Source: Spironucleus salmonicida | Taxonomy: Eukaryota | DNA length: 64,000 nucleotides | Reading direction: 5' to 3' | NCBI RefSeq assembly: GCF_000497125.1 | Contig: NC_090597.1 | Coordinates: 817,797-881,796, forward strand | In this document: positions 25,330-39,380 of the stretch, piece after piece | How positions within the stretch are numbered: the stretch's first letter is position 1 | How the letters are laid out: each line of letters opens with the position of its first letter | Notes under the pieces: generated by a model | What the model was told of the DNA's origin: nothing | The model's input: only the letters and a program-made list of their open reading frames with translations | Databases searched by the model: none | Program-made: the position numbers and the translations under genes

Positions 25330-27252
25330 GATACAGGATTCACATTTTGCAGCATCTGAACTATCGCATTTAAAGCAGTTTGCGGTATTTTGGCATTTGC
25401 ACGCAGTTATCTGATCATTTCCACCGCACTCCACTACCTCTCCTGCCGTACATGCCTTTCCATCCTCAAGTGTACTCTTGCAATTATTCTCGCACGTCTA
25501 ATTGATGCTCATTGTGTGCGAATTGGCGCAGGTGTCGCACTTTTCGAGGCTTTCGGAACACGTAGCACAATTATTATTGCATTTCACACAGGCAATTCCA
25601 ACCATCAAATAGCCATCAGCGCAGGCTGAACAGGTCTCATTACCAGCCTTTTTATAGCCAGTGATGCAGTTTCCGCACTTTCCCATCTCAGAAGAATCGC
25701 AGGTAGCGCAGTTAACTGCTTCCCCGCACTTGCACTGTTCCGTATTATTTCCCTCACACTTAGTGCAGGTTTTATCTGAGGCGAAAAAATCATCCTTGCA
25801 AACCTTGCAGATGGCTTTGTCGCCATCGCAGTTCGCACAATCCTTGGGGCACGCTTCACATTTATCGCCCGCTAAAATGAACCCAGCCTCGCACGTCAAG
25901 CACGTGTCTACAGCATCCTTGCACGTGGCACAGTTATTCGTGCAATCTTTGCATATATCGTCGCATATTTGGCTCACAGCGCATTTTCCGTCGCCTACTT
26001 TGCATTTTTTCTCGCATTTCCCTTCTAGCATCGAAAAATCATCTTTGCACGCCGTGCAGGTACTTTTATTACTTGGGCAAGTCTTACAGTTTGCGTCATC
26101 GCAGGCGACGCAACTCTTGTTTTCGAGCAAGAACCCGCCCTGGCAAGCTGTGCAATCTGACACAGAACTACATGTTGTGCAGTTAACATGGCATACCGTG
26201 CAAGCATCGACATCGGAATTGGTTGTTTTGAAAAATCCTGGCAAGCAATTCATGCAAGGGGTGGATCCAGAGGGGTCAAAATTTGGGATGCATGTTTTGC
26301 ATTTTGATGTATTGGAAGGATCGCAGGTTGAGCAGTTTTTGGCAGTTGAGCACGTGCAAGAAGTGGTTTAAGTAGTCGTGCATGAATTGCACGTATTTCC
26401 AGTTAAAAAGTTACCATTTTTGCATGATTGGCAGGTGTTTTATGCGGTGCAGGTTGCGCATTTCGCATCGCAGGCTTTGCAAGTGTCAGTTTCCAAATTA
26501 TTTTTGTTGAAAAATCCGGGTAAGCATGTTTCGCAAATATTAGAATTTTTAGCACCGCATGTTGTGCAATTTTCAGCATTGCCGCATTAACATTTTTAGT
26601 TAAGATTTTGAGTACATAAAGTACAAGTATTGTTGCTCATGCTGAAGTTATTTTTGCATAGCTCGCAGGTATCTTTACTTGTGGCGCAATTCGCACAATT
26701 CTCAACTGTGCATGGCTAGCAGGACGTACCTTATAGTCTAAAACCAGGACTACATATTTTACAGGTGTTAAGTTATCCGTCGCAGTTATCGCAGTTTCTA
26801 ACGGTACATTTATTGCAGGAAGAACTTATAAGCCCATAGCCCTTAGAGCAGCTCGTACAGTCGAATATTGTATCTGCACACGAAATACAGCTGCTTAAGC
26901 AAGTATAGCAGAATTTAGCGCCACAAAACTGGTTGCTGGCGCAGTTAGCATTAGATGTGCAGGGCGTAACGCAAACATTGCCTAGCAGTTGGTCCCCTGT
27001 CCTGCAACTTGTACAAGATTCGTTATCAGTTTTGCAAGTGAGACATGTGGGGTGGCAGTTGGCACAAGTTTTTCTGGTCGTAAGGTACATTCCAGGACGA
27101 CAAGTTTTGCAGATTGCGTTACTAGCTGTAGTTCCCGAGCACGTGAGACATTCAGACTTGCATGGCAGACATGCAGTACTAGCCGTAGTTGAGTCTGGGC
27201 AGAAGTTGTTCCCTGTGCAATTGTTAGTAGATCCAGAGCAGGTGCCTTGCAT
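25090..27252 (-). CDS. Cysteine-rich membrane protein, 720 aa (GVFWYMKK-type tail)
   Basis: Continuous frame [19 protein letters not shown]...[46 protein letters not shown] then TGA. Confidence 0.95.
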
Positions 27253-28196
27253 TCTGAGTTATATGGGTTTCGTTATACTAGCTATATATGATTATATTAA
27301 TTTTTATTAAGATTTTGTTTTTCACATTAACTTATTATTAGTTGTATATATAAATTTTCAATATCCAAATTAAGATAACGTCGCGTAATTTGAATAACTA
27401 TATATACAGTATATAAAAAGTAATTACTAGATTTTAGAGGATTTTGAAATATATGTGATAATTAATATTTAATACGTTAATATATATTTTACTTTTATTA
27501 AATTTAGCATATCTAGTTTGATAAAATAACAATATTTGCATTTTTCATAAAAATATAATTACTTTAATTGGTAATATGTACTATAGACATATATTATTGA
27601 TTAAATTAATAAAATATGGAATATTGATAACTTAATAGATTTCTGGTTAAGAATTATATCAAGATTACTTTTACTTAAGTATTTTCACTTTGAAGAATCT
27701 TAAACCTTTAAATACGTTCATTTGGAATAGGATATAATATTGGAAAATGATATTTTATATAATATTATTGTTTTATATTCTCACCCATTAGTTGAAAATG
27801 AAGATTATATAAATTTAATGTTTTGAATAGTATAAACCTACACCCAAAGATTACCTTAAGGCGTGATTATTGTATTAAAAAGAGTATTATACGCATACAT
27901 GTTACGCTAAACCGTCCAATGGTGTTATTTCTATAATCTCAAAATATTAACACAATAGTATAATTGGTAAACTCTATATCCTATAAACAACTTAACTTAT
28001 TATAATATATTTTGAAAAAGTTAGAAAACTTCCCAGATGTCTAGCATTTGACTAGGAACCTACTAGAAGCCTGGATTTGGTAGTATAGCAACTCAGCTGA
28101 GTCTTGTTGATATAGTTTAGATGGGTGATAAAATAATAATTTCATATGTATCTATATAATAATAATAAATACTAATGTGAAAAATGAAAATACTTT

Positions 28197-29319
28197 TCAC
28201 TTCTTGGCCTTCTTGATGAAGTAATATACATGGCCACCTCAAACTGCGCATAAACTACTAACACTGCGATCACGATACCTGCTACTGCGCCACCTGACAG
28301 ATTTCTACCTGAATTTGCTTAATACGCGAAGCAAAAGTCCCCCAGGCTATCGTAACCGTCTTCGCAAATAGTACAGAGCCCATATTCGAATTTGAATACT
28401 TTCATGGACAACTTGCACTTTGTAGGATCCTCGCTGTTGCACTCTAAGCAATTAAGCGCAGTTTAGCATTTACAGGTGGTGATCTACTACTCGCTTCCGC
28501 AGGGTACTTCCACCCCTGAAACGCAAGCTTTTCCTTCGGTAACAGGATCGGAACAGTTCACCTCGCCGGTCTGATTGATGCTCATTGTAAACTTATCATT
28601 GCAGGATATGCACGTTTCAGTGATTTTCATGCAGGTCTTGCAGGATTAGCTGCACTTCGCACAGTCATTGCCGACACCGAAGTAACCATGTGCGCACTGA
28701 TCGCAATAACCTAACCTTTACTTAGTGAATCCGGTAGGACAGGTGCCGCATTTTAATGAGTCTGAAGAGTCACAGGTAGCACAATTGACGGCTTAACCGC
28801 ACTAGCATTTTGCAGTAGTATTCCCAGAACAAGTAGCGCATTAGTCGTCTTTTAAAAAGTAGCCATTCGAGCATATTTAGCATACTGCTTTGTCTTCAGG
28901 ACAATTAGCGCAGTTTGCAGTACAGGCCTCGCAGGTGGTGCCAGAAAGAATATTTCCAGGTTTGCACTCGCTACACTCAGTAGCCCTATTAACACACTGA
29001 TAACATTTACCATCGCAGGCTGTGCAGCTATTTGCGCTAATAAACTTATCGTCAGCCCAAGACAGGCAATCGCTTGAAACGACTGGTTCATGTACACCGG
29101 GTTCTCCAGCGAGTTGATTTCAGGCAGGTAGTACTACTGCATCAGTGAGGGCGAGAAGGGTGCAGGGAACGCATGGCGCGCATGAGCGTTTGTGAGACGT
29201 ACTCAGACGAATTTTAGGCCTCTCCAATGGTAGCCTGTAGGATAAGTAGCTACGAGGGCGCATTTAGGTGTGGTTGTGCAATTGGTGGACGCGTTGGATT
29301 TCAGTATGGGCGTGTTCAT
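28197..29319 (-). pseudogene. CRMP1 pseudogene
   Basis: Intact CxxC middle and a decayed 5' end. The TM carries a frameshift plus TGA (28239-28241), and the tail YYFIKKAKK TGA is retained. Confidence 0.85.
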
Positions 29320-29937
29320 TTAATGAATTTTGGAGCGAAATCAGAACTTGGAATGGAATAATATATAAATAATATACATTAAATAGTATAATTAGTTTAT
29401 TTTTTCATGCTAATGTAAAAGAGGAACGTGATAAATTCGGTATAGCAAATCAAAAAAATGAAATTTGTTACAAGGGGAGTGGAGGAAAATACTAAAGATT
29501 TTGGTGGGTGTGCTAATTCGAGTTTAACGGTCGAAATAATGACTAAAATTGATTTATTCAAGTGGTATGTAGAGCGGATTGGTAGGATTTGAAAGTTTTG
29601 AGCAACTATAGAAGTTTACAAAATTGTAGGAAAGTAATGTATTTTTTGCATTATACTAGTTATAATAGTAATAAAATTCACAGGATTCACAAATATATTT
29701 ATGTTTAGATAAAGTTCGTTTCAAAATATAGCGATAGAAATACGGTGTTTTTTGAGAATAGTATGGGAATTTTACCAATATGGAGATAACGGCCGAATTA
29801 GATTTTATTAAATTTATATAGAATAAACGTTTACAGGTAGTTCTGTATTATTAAACCATATTCAATAAATATCACAATTAAAAAATACCTTGTATTTGAT
29901 ATAATAACGATATTTACCTTGTTCCCCACTTCACAAA

Positions 29938-32900
29938 ATGCTGATCACGCAGTCCAAATTTTCCAACAGAGGCAAGTTCCAGTAGCTAACTGTTAACGAC
30001 CAGCAGTATTCTCTGACCGTCCATAAAATCTTCAAGCCGAGAAAATTTTTGCTGCGGCGTAACGACTATGTTGTGTCTAATCAGAGCCTCTACCAGGTGC
30101 AGTCTGACATAACTATGCCTACACTGACACCTGGATTTTCCTACAAGAAGCTCAATCAGCAAAAAGTATCTGTTGTAAAGTTTGAGTAGCCTGGAACTAG
30201 CCTGTTCTTCCCGTCTGCACTTCCCGAGCTGATCAGAATAGGCGACATCGCACACTTTACGGACATCTTCGAACCCGTGGGAGCCGACGTCGAGCAGGCA
30301 GGGGTGCTCCTATCCATGCATGCCGTTTAGCTGCTTCAAAGCGGCGTGAACGAGAACCTTGTAGTGCCTAAGGCCCTCAAAGTAGAGAAAGAAAATATAG
30401 TGGGAAAGCTTGCACTTTGCTTTGCTGTTTCCCAGTTATCTCCGGGGAACGTACTCCCGGCCTGTAGCCAGCCAGATAACTAAATGGGCGACCTCAAAAA
30501 AGCTATAATTGATCTCGACTATCCTCGCATTAAAGTTCTAATTTCAAATATAAAAGCTTTCAATTCCCTGGAGTTGCAGTAATTACAAGAGCAGAACTGG
30601 ATACTCGACGCTTTCAAGGATAACATGGTCGGCAAGTACGAAAGCTACTGCAAGGAGGCCATGGATATCTGCCTCAGCTTCGAGAAAGACAGCATGTTTG
30701 AGCAGCTCAAATATACGCAAATTGCTTTAAAGTTTCAGGAAAGCCAACCCAATTCGCTGCCATTCAGAAGCATGCTCAATTTGAGCCTGGACGATCATCG
30801 CTAGCTGGTCTAGGTAGATATTAGGGTTCCTGAAATTTTCAACCAGCTTTGCATAAAGTTAAGCTTTTAGTCGCGTAAGATAAGCTGTTCGGCGCCTTCC
30901 CCGCAAAAAGATCTCCAGGTGCTCCAGAATGCCTATCAGACCAAAAACCAAAATTTCGTTAAGCAGGCGCTTGCAAAGATTAGCATCATGAACGTCCAAA
31001 TGCGCGAGTTGGTAAAGTGCTTTTAGAACTCCAATCTGCAGGAGAAAGACATAAAGGCCGTTTTCACTTCGAGCTCGCTGTAGTCTTAATTCTGCGCGTC
31101 AATAACCCCTTTAGAGGTGGGAGCGTTCTTCGGTTCTCGCGGGATCGTCGATAAGCTCTAAGATATTGAGCTAGACGGTAAGTAGCTGGATAATGTACGC
31201 CAGCGCATAGCATTTAGCGCAGCATGCAATCTTAAGGATGACGTCGACCTCTTCAAGTTCTACTTAGAACGAGTGGATTACAAACAGATGAACTACTAAG
31301 AGCTAGCAACCGCCAGCTTCATCGCGTTGAACAAAAAAGTATACGCCTACCTGGTACAAAAGCACAAAGTCAACCTGAGCTTCACGCCAGAGTAACGCTC
31401 TATGCTCACCGCGCATCACGTTGGCTTGTTGCTCCAAATGGGCTATTGCACCGCAACTGCGCTGTCTGGCATGCTGGACATCCTCCCAGAGGCCAAAGTT
31501 TTCGAAATTCTGCAAATCGCCATTCTGGACGGAAATTACAAACTGTACGAAAACGACCTTTTGACTCAGCTCCTAATCCGAGGAAACATTCAGTCCAGCG
31601 ACCTGATACTCACCTCAGGCTACTCTTTCCAAAATTCCAATTTTGATTATTCTGCCATGCGATTTTTCAGCGACCAGATAGTGCACAGACTGACTTAAAT
31701 AATCCAAAAGTAACTTTCGTAAAATGTTTAAGCATGTTAAGTTGGTTTTGTTGACTAGCTCGTATGCGGCCTGGTGCAGGAAGGTAGACTCGAACTCCTC
31801 AAAGCTGTTTTCGATACATTCTTCGCTAATTTGCACCTCGAAAGTCAGCTCAACGTTGTGGATCTAGTAAATGCCTGGCTAACACTAAACAAGAAGGATG
31901 ACTTAACTTTCCAAGTGCTCATAGACTCGCTAAAATCGATTTCCGACACCCTCAAAATCAGTCTTATCACCGGCGTCACGGTCTCCCAAATTTTGCTAAA
32001 ATTCGCCAAAATCTCGCAGTAGCTGCCAGCGGAAATACAGCAGACCCTGCTGACTCTCTCAAGCGGCCCATACGCGATCCTTAACGGACTGTATCCTTCA
32101 GATTACACGCATTTGCTTTTTGCGCGCACAATTTGCGAAAGCATCACTGTGTTTGATTGCGAAATAGCGCCATTTTTGTGTTCTATTGCTAGAAACATCG
32201 GCGACCAAAACTCGCCCTGCCACAACTAGTGTTAGCAAGATATAATGAAAACGTAAGGCCAGATACTCGATTTGTTATTCGGCCAAGTTCAGCTTTTTGA
32301 CATGCAAGTCAAAGGAGATATGTTCTTATCTGATGTTTTGGCGGAAAACGCATACAAATTTACAGTTTCCTAGATTGACATTCTAATCGCTAACTATCGT
32401 CCAAGACATAGCGAAGGAGCTGTTTGCGCTCCTTTGCCAGAAAATCAGCTCGCAAAGCTGCAATCTGACATCGAGGAGTTTTATTTAGTGAAATCCCCTC
32501 AAGTTCAGCTTTAAAGCACCTCATCTAGCACCGTAAGTAAGACTTTTACCGTCCGCGCGAATTTCTATCTGCTGGAAAAAATTGTAAAAAGATCTGTTGA
32601 GTTGCAGCTGACAAGCAGCGACATCTTTTCCATTTTCAATTCTATACATCTGTCGCAGCCATCCGAAGCCGTGAAACTCGCAAATACTCTTCTGCAGCTC
32701 AAATTTACGAGCTACTCAATCGCCGTTCAGGGCTTTGCGCGGAATTCTTCTCAGCTACTCATTGCTCTAATTCAGTACCTGAAGACCATGTTGAAGACGA
32801 AGTTTTACGACCTCATGACGGACAATTCGCACACCGATTACTTATTTTTTATAGTTGCAAATTAGCTGCAGCGCGACGACGTGGTCATATTCCTGCAGCT

Positions 32901-35430
32901 GTTTTCTGACGCCCAACTGAGCATTCTAAAGGCGTTGAAGTCAAAAGGCGGCAAAATTTTGTTCGAGGAGCTGCTGCAGCGCTCTCCCAGCCCCGTTTAT
33001 GAGCTTTTCTTGGAGGGGGCCATCAATAAAAATCTGGACACCTGCGCGCATATTGTGCTCAGAGATGGTAGAGAAGTGGAGCAGACAGCGAGTTCGAGAT
33101 AATGGGGGGTACGTTAAATGCCATAAAGTACTTAATTCAGCTAGAAGTAGGTCCTGGAGGCCGTGCAAAAGCACACCGCATTAGCCCCCGCAATGCTGCT
33201 GCTCAACGCGCAGGGGCTCTCGCCAGTTCATTATATCACCTCCCTTCCAGCGTTCGAATTTCTAGTCCAACAGGGCGTAGACCTGAAGCGTATCGACGCC
33301 GGGACGTCGCTTTTCGCGCTGATGGAGCATTTGGACTTCGAGGTCGTACTATTCCTGGCCGATCAGGGCGCTGAGCTAGTGCAAGTTTCCGCTCCACTCC
33401 ATTCCTTTTCCTCCCCTTCCATTTCAACTCCTTTCCACCCTTCCACATTTTCCCCTCCACAACCTTCCCTTCCACCCATTTCTCGCTTTTTAACTACCTT
33501 CAATTTGACCCAAATAACGCAACTTTGCGACTCAAACCTCATCACTACGCTCCAGCTAACGCAGGAAATACTGCGAATTGACAGCCGCGGAGAAATGGCA
33601 AAATTCAAGAATTTCCTCTGCAGAGAATTCATCTTTTAAGACTTTTAGACCGCGAAATTGTTCGCGACCTCGCTCGTAAACGACTGGTTTTTCGAAACGG
33701 ATTTGGTGAAATTGAACGAATTTGCGATCAAATTCGGTCTTTTTCAACATAAAAATTTGTTTGAAAATGTGAAATAAATCGTTCAATTTAACCCTCGGAC
33801 TGTGACCGTTTGCGAGCGTGCGAATTACGCGCTTTGCGACGAGGATAAATTGAAGCTCATTCAGTTAGTTAACATTTACGGCGATTAGTGCTACGGTTTG
33901 GATAAGTTTGTGTGTAAATTCACGTATTTTCATGCTATTTAGAGGGTATGCATAGGAATTCTAGGAGATTAAAAAGAGGTTGCTGGGGAGTAGATTGAGG
34001 TGCTTTAGGCGAGTTTGGGATATTATGATTGCAATATGAAGGCGTTATAATATATTATTAACGCGTTTTCGTTCACTACGATTTTGCAGTGTTTGGAGGT
34101 GTTTTCGGCGTTTTTCAAGGAGTAGGTTACGGATGAAATGCTGATTTCGGCTTAAATCGAGGGGATTAACGTTTTGGAGTATGTCGAAAATCGACTTATC
34201 GGCAAATCTGGGACTTAGCAGTTTGGAAAATTTGTAGCTAGGCTTCGGGCGATTATGAAGTGTGAAAATGCTGAAAAATTAGTTATTAGGTAGCCGAAAG
34301 TGCAGAAACTCTAAACTCCGGCGTTTTTTGCTGAGGTTTCTCCTACTATTGTAAAAGCAGCAAATCCGGTGCAGTTTTAGAACAACTTTTCTCACTGTCA
34401 GGGGTTAGTTGTCTATAACTCAGTGCCGCTTTCTCTTGTCTTTATTCGTCAAATTTCTCAAAGCAAGGTTTAGTATCACCAGTATAGGCTAGAATATGGC
34501 TCCGTTAGTTCATTTAAGTTGAGCACATATCATGATAATCTATAGATAAGAGATTCTTTAGATTTAAGCGAGCTATAGTAGTTTTAAAGGAAAAAGAGAT
34601 ATTAGTAGCAGTTTAGCGACATTGATAGCGCATATAACGAATTTTCGAGGCTGATTAAAAATAAATTCTCAGCTGAGATTGTCAATCAGCGTCTGGTTTG
34701 TAGGGATATCAATATCGCATCCGTCGTCCTTTTCAGTTAAGATGTGGTCAATTTGGAAGATTTTTAAAATTTAATAACAAGCTGCAAGAACGTCTTGAAC
34801 TCGACCCCGGCGTCTAGTTTGACGGAACTTTTAAATTATGCTATGAACGAAAAACTAGATTGCAGGAATATTGTTGCCTTTAATGACAGCGCAGATTTTA
34901 CTAATATGTCTCCCCAAGAGCTCCAGTAACATTTCCTCAGCACCTACTAGATCTACTACCCATTAAATCATATAAAAGATAACTAATAAGTTGTTTTAAA
35001 CTATCGTGAGCTCCTACTTTAGCAGCTAAACGTTAATCTTTAGTTCGCCAATTTCTTTATAGCGCGCAAACCGCTTGATATTGCGGCTCTAGTAAATTTG
35101 CTTGGATATGAGTTCAGCGCGAGCTTCCTCTTCTAGAGCAATGTGCCAGTACGCTTGATTTTAAAGGCACCGCTTATTGAGAAAGGCGAAGTAAACTAAC
35201 CATGCGAGCTGATTTCTGGTAACAATTCTCACAGAACGTACCACACGAATTTCGTTGTACAGGGCACGTTCTTTTGGCTCGAGAGCATGAACAGTAAGAG
35301 CCTGCGTGCGGAGCCGTATAGCGATTACAAGTACGTGTACAGCAACAACGAGATCCAGCTGCAGTGGCTGGACGCGTCCGGGTACGGCAAGGACGAGGCA
35401 AGCTGCCTTGTGATGTTGAAATCCGAGTGA
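29938..35430 (+). CDS. Large (~1830 aa) protein with ankyrin-like repeats
   Basis: Same-frame track ORFs (31402, 31774, 32602, 32881, 33163) join through TAR codons. Ankyrin-like segment NAQGLSPVHYITSLPAFEFLVQQGVDL...HLDFEVVLFLADQGAEL. Ends GAG TGA. Not every codon was checked. Confidence 0.85.
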
Positions 35431-35454
35431 TATAACGGCGTCTGGGAAAGGATG

Positions 35455-35560
35455 ATGTGGTATGGTATGGTATATAATATTAAGTATAGTAGTATAATAT
35501 TAAGTAATATTAAGTATAGTAGTATAATATTATGTAATATTATGCGCAGTGCAGTGCAGC
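35455..35560. repeat. Short low-complexity tandem repeats
   Basis: TATGG repeats, a ~30-bp unit AATATTAAGTATAGTAGTATAATATTAAGT present about twice, and GCAGT repeats. Confidence 0.7.
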
Positions 35561-37197
35561 GATTTGTATTTTTTGTAGATGCCAAAATCTGCTTTTTGCG
35601 GCAGTTGGAACACAAAATTTTCAGACAAAAAAGTGCGAAATTGGTGGTAATTTGAGCGCCTGAAGCGGTGCAGAATTACAGGGCGAATCGGGAATTTAAG
35701 GGTCAGATGCGGATTTCGATACATCTCGCTGCAACTGAGTAGTAATTTACCAGGCGAAGCGGATGTGGACGGTCGAAACTTGGGGAAATAGGAAGGGAAA
35801 AATGATAATTAGTGTATAATAATGCTAGTAATGTAAATTTCAGTTTTTACAGATTTAGTTGCAGTCACAAGTAGTGGATGGGGATCGTAGCTGATGGTAG
35901 TATTGGGTTAAAGTGGATGTGAGTTGGGTTAATAGGGAGGGTAATATGTGTATTATTGTGAAGGGGTATTGTGGTTTTGATAAGAGAGCAATGTAAGTAA
36001 CGGTTTTTGAGAAACTTAGATTGGGGTTTGTTTTGGAATAATATGAAGGATATGTTAATAATAAGGTAGTATGGAGTAAAATTAGTGTGAAAAAATTCAT
36101 GTAATAAATATTTAGAAATGTCATGTTTCTTTAAGAATGTAAATTCAATTAGTAATAGATGAAATAATTAGTATAAGTTTGTAAACTCATAATAAAATAA
36201 GGCAGATAACTTGTAGGGGATAGTTTTATTTGATTTGTATTAAAAATTAGTTAATTGTATGGATATTACTGTAAGAAATATACTGATAGTATGTAATTAA
36301 ATATAACAAGTAAGATGTTTTTATTTTTGATAAACAACAATAATCATTAATTACCAAATATTTAAATAATTTCGTTCAATAAATGATGTATTGGCCTCTT
36401 TTTATAGTATTATCATTAGCTATAAATTCCTTTATATCATCACGAGTGTTAAACTTGTTTTCAGTTTTTTTTAAAGATAGAAGATTTGAATTTAATTTAA
36501 TTGACAGTCAACTATGGAAAATAAATTTATTATATGTTATTCCATTATTTACATTAAGCTTTGACGAGATTACAAAAACTAACCTCCTCTTTATCAGTCC
36601 AATGATAGTTTACCATTACTAAATTTTAGCAAGAATAATAACTATTAATATTTCTTGTTAATATGAATATGTTAAAATTAATAATTTTAATGTTTAAAAA
36701 CTATAATACAAATACTCAGCAAGTTAATATCACAAAATGCTAAAATTAACTACTATAATTATAATAAGGTTTTTAAAGTAGTACATTTGAGTTAGAGTAA
36801 CTGTAATATTTATTATATTTGCATACTTATAAAGATAAAATATATGCAGAATAATAAAACTAAAATACTATTCAATTAAAAACTTAATTAATAATTATAG
36901 TCTATAAGTTTGTATAATATAATATATTTAGATAATTAATTAAATAATATTTATTTTTTAAGTTTTCATTTTATACTATTATATGCATGTAAAAATCTTT
37001 ATTATGTGTTCAATTTAGTTTTTAATTTGCTATAAAAACATATGATTACAAAAAACATGAAGTAAGTAACTTATGCTAACTAATCTAATATATTATATAA
37101 AAACATATACGAAAATATTGGATCTTTAACGATTAAATTCTTATAACTGTATTAAACTGATTATTGAAGTTTTAAAATATCTTCCCATTCCTCATAA

Positions 37198-38544
37198 ATG
37201 GTTTCATTCGGAATTTTGTTCGCAATTTAGTCGTTAACAGCCGAGACTCTCGGCTTCACCATTGCAAACTTCTCTTCTGATATCATCAAACTTTACTATG
37301 TGGCTATTAAAACTTCTAATGATTTTGCAGGTGCTGATGCTGCTGTGCAAACTTTACTACCCTATCTATCTATCGCCTCCCTGGTAGGCTTCCTACTAGC
37401 TTCTCTCACCTTCGCTCCTATTGTCAGCTGGTTAGGCTACAAGAAGACCGGCTTAGTCGGTGCTGCTGGCTCTGTCATCTTCAATGTTCTCCTCTGCATC
37501 CCTTTCAATGTATACTACTGGATGGTTATGAGGCTTTTTGCCGGCTTCTTCGTCGTATTATTTTAACAACCCAGCATCATCATCGTCGGTGAGCACGCTG
37601 AGTCCAGCAAGAGAGGTCTCCTCGGTGTCATGTTCCAATTCAACGTCACCCTTGGGATCTTGGTTGCCTCCTTAGTCTTACTTGCCATCCGTACTTATCA
37701 AGATACCTATAATGCCTGGTGGGTCAACTTTGTTGTTACCTTCATATGGCCTCTCATGGGATTTGTCTTACTCTTCTTTGTACCCGACGTCAAACCAAGA
37801 GAAGAGAAGGAAATCTCCCCCATGCTCTTGTTCAAGGAGAAAAAGTACCTTAAGGTCCTCATCCTCTCTGTCATGCTTGGTCTCAACTAATAATGTACAG
37901 GTATCAACGCCGTTATCGTCTACGCCACTGAGACCTTCAAAGATACCTTCAAAACCTCAGGGGGCGGTGTCCATCCCTTGTCCTCCGTCTTCGGCTCCAT
38001 CATTATCAACGGTGTCAACTTTGTGGCTACCCTCGGCGCCCTGGCCTTCATCGAGAAGCTCGGCCGCAAGATCCTCCTCTTCGGCGGTGTCGGCATCTGC
38101 TTCGTTGCCCAGGTCGCCCTCATGATCAACTATATCCTCGCGAAATCCAATACTGCCCTTCTCATTACTGCCTCCATCTTCTTCATCATCGGGTTCGAAA
38201 TTGGACCCGGTCCCATCTTTTTCGTTTTTGCTTCCGAACTATTCCCAGTTGAAGCCAAGTCTCTTCTGTCTTCAATCCTGCTCAGCTTCAACTATATCCC
38301 CAACATCTTTGTCGTTGTTCTATTCCCAATTCTTACCAAAGCTGCCGCATGGTCTCCCTTCGTTACCTATTTGATAGTTATGGGAATCACAACCGCTGTA
38401 TTGCTCTTTACCACCCCTGAAACGAAGGGCAAGACCCAGGAAGAAATCCAGATGATCCTTACCGGCTCTGCACCAGCTGCGAGCAGCGAAGCCGAGAAGG
38501 GCTCCGAGGTGAGGTTCGGCTCTGGCGTTATGACTGCTGAATGA
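37198..38544 (+). CDS. MFS sugar-porter (hexose transporter family), 448 aa
   Basis: Multiple TM helices with motifs KRGLLGVMFQFNVTLGIL, QQCTGINAVIVY, EKLGRK, GPGPI, ELFP and PETKGKT. Confidence 0.95.
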
Positions 38545-38685
38545 AGAATCTATTAGCTTTTAATTTATTCTAATGAACAAACTGAAATAAGTATTATATA
38601 TATATAACTAATAAATCCTTTTCTAATGTAAAAAAGCTAAGGTAACTAATCTCTTGAGAAATTATACTTTTCTTTCAATTTTATT

Positions 38686-39380
38686 TCACTCCTACATAAT
38701 CTCTTATTAACTTACATTTTTAAGCTAACTTTTAGATTTTTTGAGATACCAAAATACACCACCACCGATACCTCCGATTACTACTAAAACAGCAATGACT
38801 ATTCCAGCAACTGCACCTCCAGATAAACTGCTATTTAAGTCTTCTTATACACCACCAATGCAGAACTCGCCTATTTTTTCTGCGCCTTATACACAAGTCG
38901 AACACTCACCATTTACCAGCTTATAACCTTTCAAGCAGCTTTTGCACTTGGAATTAGCAGAAGTACAGGTTAAACAATTTGATTTTTAAGTACATTAACA
39001 AGCTGTAATTTGAGTTTCTGCTCCACAAAGTTTTGAAACTCCATCCACACAAGCAGAACCATCAGGTACATCAGTAATACAAATAGGCTAACAAGTTTAT
39101 TTAATAGTAGGCTAGTGTAAATCAGCACAAAATTTACACGTCTTAGCCTCATTCCGGCAGGTATTGCAAGTTTTATCGCATTTCTAGCAGCCGGTTTACG
39201 ACATAAAGTAGCCATTTATGCACTCTTAACAAGCACCAATGTCACTTATTTTGTACCCGGTCAAGTAGTGTCCGCATTTTGATGAGTCTGCAGAGCTGCA
39301 GGTAGCACAATTGATGGCTGCACCACACTAGCATTTTTAAGTTGCATTTCCAGAACAAGAAGTGCATGATGTTCCTCATT
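38686..39380 (-). pseudogene. 5'-truncated CRMP (a short CDS from ATG 39204 is possible)
   Basis: Clean frame GTSCTSCSGNATQKCQCG...[32 protein letters not shown]...QE TGA. It is preceded by an in-frame TGA at ~39378 and has no N-terminal module. Confidence 0.75.

Noticed and set aside
25661-26371. Long Q/H/V/A/L-rich track ORFs (also 9634-10041, 26933-27310, 59382-59765 and others)
   Set aside because: They are antisense shadows of CRMP genes: the reverse complements of Cys-rich coding sequence.
35455-35560. Short repeats as a CRISPR or telomeric array
   Set aside because: The units are few, adjacent and low-complexity, with no spacers, and the context is eukaryotic.
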